Of a DNA stretch of 64,000 nucleotides, positions 56,706 through 64,000 are shown in pieces. The stretch comes from Candidatus Pacearchaeota archaeon. Lineage in GTDB: Archaea > Nanobdellota > Nanobdellia > Pacearchaeales > GW2011-AR1. Each line of letters starts with the position of its first letter. Position 1 is the first letter of the stretch. The stretch is from assembly GCA_018304165.1 (NCBI GenBank), contig JAGVWS010000033.1:60-64059 (forward strand), given 5' to 3'. Below the pieces are notes generated by a model. That model had not been told where the DNA came from. It worked only from the letters and a program-made list of their open reading frames with translations, and made no database searches. Both the position numbers and the translations under genes were made by a program.

Positions 56706-58280
56706 ATGCTGAAGAATGATGGTAAAAAACTAAGCACTTCTCTGAAATTTCTTGCAAAGAGTTCTCTTGTTGTCTTAATAGGACTCCTTTTATCAAAGCT
56801 CTTCAATTATATATACAGAATAGTTATAGCAAGATATTTTGGCGCAGAAGAATACGGCCTTTTTTCTCTGGCGGTCATACTTTTTATCCTGTTTATCGCA
56901 GCCTCTTCATTGGGCCTGTCTGACGGGGTTTTAAGGTTTATCTCTTTTTATAGAGGGAAGAAGCAGCTGGGAAAAATAAATTTCATTATCAAGTTTTCTC
57001 TTGCAACGACCCTTGTTTCAGGGATTTTGGCAGGCATTATCCTTTATTTAACTTCAGGGATGATTGCAGAGAAGATAGTTCATAATCAGGGCATTCTGAT
57101 ATACTTAAAAGTGTTCAGCTTTTTAATACCCGTCAGTGTTCTGTCAAATGTCCTGCTCTATATTCTCCGGGCACACGAGAAAGTAAAACTTTATTCGTTT
57201 TCGATGAATATTTTCCAGAACTTCACCAAAGTATTTTTCCTTGTTTTATTTGTTTTTATCGGCTTGAAATTTAATCCAATAATCGCCTCTTTTTTCCTGA
57301 GCGCGGTTCTTCTGCTGTTGCTTGCTTTTTTTCTCTGTAAGTATAAACTGCCGGGCGTTTTCATAAAGCGCTTTATTTCAAAAAAACAGAAAGGGCAGAT
57401 TTCCAGAGAGCTTTTTTCTTATTCATGGCCCTTCATCTTTGTAGGGGTTATCTCAAATATCTTCTATTGGACGGATTCTTTGGTTTTAGGATATTTTAAG
57501 TCGGCTTTTGATGTGGGGATATATAATGTTGCCATACCTCTGGCATCGCTTTTAGGAATAGCCCCGGAATTGTTTATGCAGCTCTTTTTTCCCATGATCA
57601 GTTTTGAATATTCAAGAAAGAACTTCCCGCTGATTAGGGAGATTAGCAAGCAGATTGGCAAGTGGATATTCATCATAAACCTTCCCCTGTTTTATCTGAC
57701 GGCTTTCTTTCCGGAGGTGCTCATTAATGTTCTTTTCGGCAGCGAATACCTGCCGGCAGTAAATGTCCTGAGGATGCTGTCTCTTGGGGCTCTTATTGGC
57801 ACCAGCTTTACTATCTCCAACAGCCTCCTGTCAATGGCAGGCAAGTCAAAGCTAATCCTGCTGAACTTCAGCATCATTGCGGTGTTTAACCTTGTTTTAA
57901 ACATTCTCTTAGCTCCGAAGTATGGCATGAACGGCACTGCTTTCTCAACACTCTTGTCGTTCTTTCTTCTTACATTGATAGTTACTATGCAGGCCAGAAA
58001 ATACACGGGCATACTCCCCTTTAGGCGAAAAATGTTCAGGATATTGATAGTATCTTTAATTCTGCTTGTTCCTGCACTGATTATTAAATCCTTCTTTGAT
58101 CTGAGTTTAATTGCTATTCTGGTTTCTTTCATAGTCTTTTTAATTGCTTATGCAGCTATGATTTACTTCTCAGGCTGCTTAGACAGCAATGACCTTGAAG
58201 TTTTAGGGGCTGTAAAGAGAAAACTGCGCGATTATAAGCCGTTGCATAAATCTTTAAATATATCAAATAACAGCTCTTGA
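56706..58280 (+). CDS. Wzx/MOP-family oligosaccharide flippase
   Basis: ARYFGAEEYGLFSL, TDSLVLGYF, VGIYNVA, LAPKYGMNGTA. Confidence 0.9.
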   Translation: MLKNDGKKLSTSLKFLAKSSLVVLIGLLLSKLFNYIYRIVIARYFGAEEYGLFSLAVILFILFIAASSLGLSDGVLRFISFYRGKKQLGKINFIIKFSLATTLVSGILAGIILYLTSGMIAEKIVHNQGILIYLKVFSFLIPVSVLSNVLLYILRAHEKVKLYSFSMNIFQNFTKVFFLVLFVFIGLKFNPIIASFFLSAVLLLLLAFFLCKYKLPGVFIKRFISKKQKGQISRELFSYSWPFIFVGVISNIFYWTDSLVLGYFKSAFDVGIYNVAIPLASLLGIAPELFMQLFFPMISFEYSRKNFPLIREISKQIGKWIFIINLPLFYLTAFFPEVLINVLFGSEYLPAVNVLRMLSLGALIGTSFTISNSLLSMAGKSKLILLNFSIIAVFNLVLNILLAPKYGMNGTAFSTLLSFFLLTLIVTMQARKYTGILPFRRKMFRILIVSLILLVPALIIKSFFDLSLIAILVSFIVFLIAYAAMIYFSGCLDSNDLEVLGAVKRKLRDYKPLHKSLNISNNSS

Positions 58281-58327
58281 ATAAGCCGCTGCATAAATCT
58301 TTAAATATATCAAATAACAGCTCTTGA
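58234..58327. repeat. 2 x 47-bp duplication of promoter-like region
   Basis: ATAAGCCGYTGCATAAATCTTTAAATATATCAAATAACAGCTCTTGA at 58234 and 58281. Confidence 0.9.
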
Positions 58328-58329
58328 GC

Positions 58330-59718
58330 ATGGAAAAGAAAGTCTTTTTGTTCAGCCCAAATTCAGAAGATGATCTTGATCCTTCTCTCGTATCTTACTC
58401 TCTTGCATTGGGCTTCCTGGCCGCTTATGCGGAAAAAGCTGGCTGGATTCCGATAGTCAGGGACTGTTATTGCTCAAACTGGGAGAATACAAAAAGCCAG
58501 ATTATTGATATTATTCGGAAGGAGAATCCTTCAGTTATAGGGATAAACTGCGTTACTATGAACCGCATGGCTGCTTATAAGTCAGTAGACCTCATTAAAA
58601 GAATAAAACCCGAAATAAAAGTCATTCTTGGAGGAGTTCATCCAACAATATACCCTCAACATTTCCTGATAAATCATAATGCTGATGTCATAGTTCTGCA
58701 TGAGGGAGAGGAAACTTTTGAAGAGCTTCTTAATCATTATTCTCAGGGTAAGCCAATAACAGATATTAAGGGAATTGCTTACAAAAACAAGAAAGGCGAA
58801 GTTGTAATTAATCCCCCGAGGGAACAGATTAAAGATATTAATCAGATACCTTTCATGAAGCATGATTCTTTCCTGAATCCAGACAGCACAAAAGCTTACT
58901 TTTTTACTTCCCGCGGCTGTCCCAGCAATTGCAACTTCTGCTCTGCTTCAGTGCATTGGGGGAGGAGGTGGAGGTTCAGAACTCCAAAAAATGTTGTTGA
59001 CGAAATTGAGTTCGTTATCAAAAAATTTCCCAAGATTAATGAAATAAGATTCATGGATGATACATTTACTCTGGATAATAAAAGGGTTATTGAGATATGC
59101 AAGGAGATGATTAATAGAAATATTAATGTAAGGTGGAGATGCTCAGGGAGAGTCCACCCGGTTTCTGTTGAAATGATTCAGTGGATGGAGAAAGCAGGGT
59201 GCATCATGATTAGCTTTGGCGTGGAGACGGGGTCTGTAAGGCTTCTTGGAGAGATGGGCAAGAATCAGACCGTTGAGCAGATTTTTAATGCATTCAAGAT
59301 AGTTTATGAGAATTCTAATATTACTCCGGAGATGTTCATCATTCTTGGCCTTCCAAATGAGAATAAGGGAACTGTTGATGAAACTATTGCTCTCATCAAG
59401 AGGGTTATTAAAGTATCTAAAAAGCCCCTGATTTTGACTGCCGCAAGAATTCTTGAGATCTACCCCGGCACCAGGATTTATAGCCTGACCAAATCAAGAG
59501 GATTAATTGATGATTCTTACTGGCTTACTAATCCCAAGACCCCCCAGTTTTTGGAGCAGACTCCTAAATGGCTTAAGCATCAAAGGAATAGAATATTATT
59601 TGTCAACTGGACTTATGCCGGCTTGCTTCCTGTAGTGCAATTATTCTTTGAAAAGAAGATGTGGAAGCCAAGGAAGATTTACAATATAATCCGCCCCTAC
59701 CTCAAGGGGCTTAATTAG
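58330..59718 (+). CDS. B12-binding-domain radical SAM protein
   Basis: ILGGVHPT, EGEET, SRGCPSNCNFC, FMDDTF, GVETGS. Confidence 0.92.
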   Translation: MEKKVFLFSPNSEDDLDPSLVSYSLALGFLAAYAEKAGWIPIVRDCYCSNWENTKSQIIDIIRKENPSVIGINCVTMNRMAAYKSVDLIKRIKPEIKVILGGVHPTIYPQHFLINHNADVIVLHEGEETFEELLNHYSQGKPITDIKGIAYKNKKGEVVINPPREQIKDINQIPFMKHDSFLNPDSTKAYFFTSRGCPSNCNFCSASVHWGRRWRFRTPKNVVDEIEFVIKKFPKINEIRFMDDTFTLDNKRVIEICKEMINRNINVRWRCSGRVHPVSVEMIQWMEKAGCIMISFGVETGSVRLLGEMGKNQTVEQIFNAFKIVYENSNITPEMFIILGLPNENKGTVDETIALIKRVIKVSKKPLILTAARILEIYPGTRIYSLTKSRGLIDDSYWLTNPKTPQFLEQTPKWLKHQRNRILFVNWTYAGLLPVVQLFFEKKMWKPRKIYNIIRPYLKGLN

Positions 59719-59949
59719 TAATTTCAGCTCATCAAGTACTTGTTGACATTTTATTGATAATTTCAAAATCGGCGGCAACCCCCATTTTTAACTATACACG
59801 CGACGACTCTAAAATTTTGCCTTTGGCATCGTTGCACTAAATTTTAGCCCCTCGGGGAATATAACATGCATTAGTTTCAATAAGAGAACAAGCTAAAAGA
59901 TAGTCAAATTTTCAATTTTGAAGAATTAATAAAATAGAGCAGGCATTTT

Positions 59950-60351
59950 TTATTTTCCAAGTAATTCTATCTCATCACTCGGAACACTTCCAATTCTGTC
60001 TCTTGAAAAGTAATCTCTGTCTTTACCACCCCAATGATTTGTCTTGAATTTTATTCTATCTCCAACTTCAATTGCTTCTGCCAAAGCAGCAAGTGGTTTA
60101 GAATATCTTCCTTCTACATTAATTGTATACTTTCCTTGGTCTGTTTCGACAGTTAGAACATAATTTGGATTTCCAAATTTTACAGATTCATTTCCAAAAA
60201 GAGCTCCACTTGATTCTACAATATTAACAACTGTTCCGCTCTCTTTTGTTACTTTTCCCTCTTGGTATTGTGGGTGATGAGAACACCCCACTCCAACTAA
60301 AGCTAATGCTCCGGTTAAAACAATATCTGCCAAAGTTTTTTTGATTGTCAT
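59950..60351 (-). CDS. Hypothetical lipoprotein (possible OB-like fold)
   Basis: Signal peptide ending VGVGC; beta-rich. Confidence 0.7.
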   Translation of the reverse strand: MTIKKTLADIVLTGALALVGVGCSHHPQYQEGKVTKESGTVVNIVESSGALFGNESVKFGNPNYVLTVETDQGKYTINVEGRYSKPLAALAEAIEVGDRIKFKTNHWGGKDRDYFSRDRIGSVPSDEIELLGK

Positions 60352-60559
60352 ACAATTAATAATTAATAGTGTATTTATAAATGTTTTGGTTCTTTACTAC
60401 TATAAAAATACAACGTCCAACCTCTCTAAAAGCTAAAAGCTCGAGACTCAACATTCTTCATTGCTGACACTTTCTGACCACGCTGAGCTCTTACTTCAAT
60501 TTGTTTTGTTTAGGTCTGCTAACAAATATTAGATCACTTTTACTTAATACTCTTCATCG

Positions 60560-60775
60560 AGTATCTCCGATGGATAGTTATTATAATAGCATAAGAATGA
60601 TATAGCCATTAGAGGCAATTCTATTATTAATCAGATACTATGTTTATAGTCAGTTTAATCGAGGGTAATTGCTAACAAATGCTAACCAAAGCTTAGTCAT
60701 GCCTATTAAGCGAATTTACATTATTAATTGATTCTTTAAATCTTCTTGCTAAATTGTGGCTGTATCAGAGATACG
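60560..60775. mobile_element. MITE-like element, about 216 bp
   Basis: AGTATCTCCGATGG / GTATCAGAGATAC ends; homologous to 30904-31128. Confidence 0.72.
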
Positions 60776-60819
60776 CCCATCATAATAATCTTTATATAGC
60801 TGATTCTTTAAAATAGTTC

Positions 60820-63273
60820 ATGCAAAAGAAAGTTGCATTTATTACAGGAATTGGCGGCCAGGACGGCTCTTATCTGGCAGAATTCCTGCTGGAAAAAGGG
60901 TATCTTGTCAGGGGAATTATCAGGAGGGCCAGCTATCCGAACACATCTCGTTTTGAACACCTGCTGAAGAAGTATGGTTTCGGCAGCGGGGATGAGAATA
61001 ATCCTTTCATTGTTAAATATGCTGATTTGACTGACCCTGCAAGCGTAAATGCTGTTCTTGATGAGTTCAAGCCAGACGAAATTTATAATATTGCTGCCCA
61101 GAGCCACGTGGGGATAAGCTTTGACAATCCTCATACTACTATCAGCATTAATACTCTCGGAGTGCTCAATATTCTTGAGTATCTGAGGAGGAATAAATCC
61201 CGCTGTAAGTTTTATCAGGCTTCATCTTCAGAGATGTTTGGAATTTCCCCGCCTCCCCAGAATGAGGAAACGCCAATGCTCCCCCAAAGCCCTTATGGCA
61301 TTGCTAAGCTTGCTTCTTATCATCTGACAAGACTTTACAGGAATGCTTACGGAATTTTTGCCTGCAACGGAATACTTTTCAATCACGAATGTGTGTCTGA
61401 AAATATTCCTATAATCGTCAGAAACAAAAGCACTCAAGTAATTTCTGTGAAGAGAATCAAAGACCTTAGAAGAGCCAGAGACAAAGGCAGCAATATTCAG
61501 CAGTGGGTTATTGGCGATGTAGAGATTTGGGATGGAGATAATTTTGTTGATTTATTGTTAGTCACTGCTACTAAGAGGAAGAAGGATGACGAATCTTTCT
61601 CCTGCAAGACCATGAATACAAGGCATGGAATTATTGAAGCTACTAATCACCATAACATGCTATTGAGTAACGAGCACAAGATAAAGTCTAAAGAAGTGAT
61701 GATTGGCGACGAGCTTCTTCACAGGGCATTTCCCGAATTCAGTGAGTTGTCCAGCGTGACTAATGAGGAAGCATTATTCCTGGGGATGATGGTTGGTGAT
61801 GGCTATATAAGCAAGGAAGGCGGGGGGCAGTTCACTAATAATAATCCAGAGGTTATGGGATTATTTGAGAAGATTTGGAAGAAAGTTGGCCTTGGAACTA
61901 TCACTAAGAGAGAATTCAAAACTGAATACGGTAGGGCTGCTCAGGCTAAGCTGAACAGCAATCATGGCTATCTTAGGCTTTTAAGAGAAGAGATTTATAC
62001 TTATGACGGTTTCAAGAAAATTCCTGATAGGATACTAAATGCAGGTAAGGAAGCCAAGAGGGCATTCTTATCAGGTTATAACCTTACTGACGGGCTTAAG
62101 TCTAATCCCTGCACTTATGAGTTCAAGAACTTCAAGACGAATTCTGTAATTTTAGCTCAGGGGTTATTATTAATAATGAATGAAGTGACCGGCCAGGACT
62201 ACAATATTACTTTTGAGTATGACGAAAAAAATTATGGTTACTATTCTATTAATCTGTTAAGCCCGATTGATAATTCTGCTAAAGAGATGCAGATTATTGA
62301 ACTCTTATCTTCCGGTATGAGCCAGAGAGAAATTTGCAGGCAGAGCGGCATTTCCCGGACATTTATTAGAAAGATTCAGAATGGCGGTCATGCTGAAACT
62401 GTTCATCATTTGGCCCTGGAGAAAAATGTTGTTAAAAAGATGTTTTATCATACTCAACAACCTGTGTGGGTTTATGACATTGAGACTAGTTCAGGAAAAT
62501 TCATGGCCGGAACCGGCAATATAGTCATTGCTAATTCTCCCCGCCGCGGCCACAACTTCGTCACTAAAAAAGTTACCAATCAACTGGCAAAGATTCTTGT
62601 TGGCGAGGATGATGAGCTTGTGCTTGGCAATCTTGATTCTAAGAGAGACTGGGGCTTTTCCAAGGAATATGTTCAGGTCATGTGGGCTATACTCCAGCAT
62701 TACGAGCCGGACGATTTTGTAATAGCTACTCAGGAGACTCACACTGTTGAAGAATTTGTTAAGGAGTGTTTTAGCCTTGTAGGGCTTGACTACAAAGATT
62801 TTTTGAAAACTAATCAGCGTTTCAGAAGGCCGGCAGAAGTTCCGGCATTGCTTGGCGACGCTACTAAGGCCAGAAAAGTTCTTGGCTGGACTCCAAAAGT
62901 TAAGTTCAAGGAGATTGTCAGAATGATGGTTATTGAAGACATTAAGAAAAAGCTCATCGAGAAGAACATAGTTCCAATAGAGTCGGGAGTGGAAAGAGAT
63001 GATGAGTTTTATCTTGAAAAGGCAAGGGAGCTCGCTAAGAGGATTGCTCATAACAAGTTTGGCGAGCTTGCCAAAAAGTTTATTGAAGTAGAGCAGAAGA
63101 TAAAGTCCGCAGTTCCGGAATTCTTGCAGAAAGAGTATCTCTTAAATAATGAGAACGGGGGTCATATAGAGAAGGCAAGGGAATTATCCAAGGTCTTTGT
63201 TGATAATACCTCCCTTTTTGATAGTTACTCTGCGGATAGGCTTAAGAAGTTGCCTAATCTTAGTGATAATTAA
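60820..63273 (+). CDS. gmd: GDP-mannose 4,6-dehydratase containing an intein
   Basis: ITGIGGQDGSYLAEFLL, AAQSHV, YQASSSEMFG, SPYGIAK, ILFNHE/SPRRG, KRDWG. Confidence 0.95.
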   Translation: MQKKVAFITGIGGQDGSYLAEFLLEKGYLVRGIIRRASYPNTSRFEHLLKKYGFGSGDENNPFIVKYADLTDPASVNAVLDEFKPDEIYNIAAQSHVGISFDNPHTTISINTLGVLNILEYLRRNKSRCKFYQASSSEMFGISPPPQNEETPMLPQSPYGIAKLASYHLTRLYRNAYGIFACNGILFNHECVSENIPIIVRNKSTQVISVKRIKDLRRARDKGSNIQQWVIGDVEIWDGDNFVDLLLVTATKRKKDDESFSCKTMNTRHGIIEATNHHNMLLSNEHKIKSKEVMIGDELLHRAFPEFSELSSVTNEEALFLGMMVGDGYISKEGGGQFTNNNPEVMGLFEKIWKKVGLGTITKREFKTEYGRAAQAKLNSNHGYLRLLREEIYTYDGFKKIPDRILNAGKEAKRAFLSGYNLTDGLKSNPCTYEFKNFKTNSVILAQGLLLIMNEVTGQDYNITFEYDEKNYGYYSINLLSPIDNSAKEMQIIELLSSGMSQREICRQSGISRTFIRKIQNGGHAETVHHLALEKNVVKKMFYHTQQPVWVYDIETSSGKFMAGTGNIVIANSPRRGHNFVTKKVTNQLAKILVGEDDELVLGNLDSKRDWGFSKEYVQVMWAILQHYEPDDFVIATQETHTVEEFVKECFSLVGLDYKDFLKTNQRFRRPAEVPALLGDATKARKVLGWTPKVKFKEIVRMMVIEDIKKKLIEKNIVPIESGVERDDEFYLEKARELAKRIAHNKFGELAKKFIEVEQKIKSAVPEFLQKEYLLNNENGGHIEKARELSKVFVDNTSLFDSYSADRLKKLPNLSDN
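61390..62535 (+). mobile_element. Intein (382 aa) with LAGLIDADG endonuclease and HTH insert
   Basis: Cys1 (CVSENIP), block B ATNHH, FLGMMVGDG and FLSGYNLTDG, ends VYDIET..GNIVIAN, +1 Ser. Confidence 0.93.
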
Positions 63274-63335
63274 TAATAAAAAGGATTTTTTAGACAATAG
63301 TAATCTTTAAAAAGTGACGACTATTAAGGCATATC

Positions 63336-63899
63336 ATGGTAACTTATAATACTAAGTCGTACTTTATCCATGAATCATGGCCTTCTGATGGCTTTGTTGA
63401 TATTGCACAGTTAAGAGCAGGATCTCTTGATGATGCCCAATTCTCCCTAGTTCATCGTAATGTGATAGTCCCTTGTCATGATGCTTTCATTGAGTATGAA
63501 CTTGAAGGTAAAACAGGGATATTGTTGAGTAGGAGGACTACTTTTCCTCTTAGAGGTTTTTGGTGGACTTTTGGTGGTAAGAGAACTCGTGGTTTGGATC
63601 CTGAAGAGTCTTTGAGAAGGAGAATCCGCACAGAATCTGGTCTTGAGCTTGAAAACCTCATTTATCTTGGGTGGGCCGATACCATCATGGATGCTGATCC
63701 GCTGGGCCATGACCACGGCACTCATACTACTGACCTTCAATACTTTGCTAAGGGTGTTGGAGAATTAAAGACTGATAGGACTCATTCTGAAGTAAGGGTT
63801 GTGACTCCTTATGAATATCTTGGGGGATTCAGAGGGACTCTTCATCCAAGGCTTACTGATTTCATGGACTTAATTCCCGGATATCAGCCTAGAGATTAA
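63336..63899 (+). CDS. NUDIX hydrolase, GDP-mannose mannosyl hydrolase-like
   Basis: RRTTFPLRGFWWTFGGK..EESLRRRIRTESGL variant Nudix box; follows gmd. Confidence 0.7.
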   Translation: MVTYNTKSYFIHESWPSDGFVDIAQLRAGSLDDAQFSLVHRNVIVPCHDAFIEYELEGKTGILLSRRTTFPLRGFWWTFGGKRTRGLDPEESLRRRIRTESGLELENLIYLGWADTIMDADPLGHDHGTHTTDLQYFAKGVGELKTDRTHSEVRVVTPYEYLGGFRGTLHPRLTDFMDLIPGYQPRD

Positions 63900-64000
63900 T
63901 TTTTGTTGAATAAATCCTAATCTATCATCTTATTCATTTCTATAACTTGTACTATTGTCCCCAATAACTTCGCGTTAGGTTCTAATAGCTAATGGTTGAG

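Noticed and set aside
2031-63740. Numerous 60-190 aa ORFs antisense or out of frame to well-supported genes (e.g. 2031-2510, 13862-14338, 47371-47892, 62491-63051)
   Set aside because: Fully overlap conserved genes, have F/S/L-rich shadow composition and no motifs
15415-63899. Three NUDIX hydrolases as a coordinated system
   Set aside because: Unlinked, dissimilar and in unrelated contexts; multiple NUDIX genes are ordinary

Overview
Chromosomal segment of an AT-rich, reduced-genome archaeon, most likely DPANN (Pacearchaeota/Woesearchaeota-like; inferred from gene content). It carries a probable oriC next to cdc6-DP1-DP2, the rps13-rps4-rps11-rpoD-tRNA-rpl18e-rpl13-rps9 cluster, an unlinked 5S rRNA, five tRNAs, secF/secD, a glycosylation cluster, two inteins (PolD DP2, GDP-mannose dehydratase) and an intact-looking IS200/IS605 (tnpA+tnpB). 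Most notable: (1) a diversity-generating retroelement (DGR) target plus template repeat (14 of 15 mismatches at TR adenines) with no reverse transcriptase or Avd in the window, inserted inside an ABC-transporter operon; (2) a convergent pair of paralogous coiled-coil/wHTH genes about 2 kb from oriC, each with 12-bp iteron-like DNA repeats inside the coding sequence, one preceded by an ORB-like box; (3) a tRNA-Leu with an AAG anticodon; (4) intergenic DNA built from a MITE-like family, a REP-like hairpin family with covarying stems, and many locus-specific tandem duplications at gene starts and stops. All calls come from reading motifs by eye; no database searches were run.
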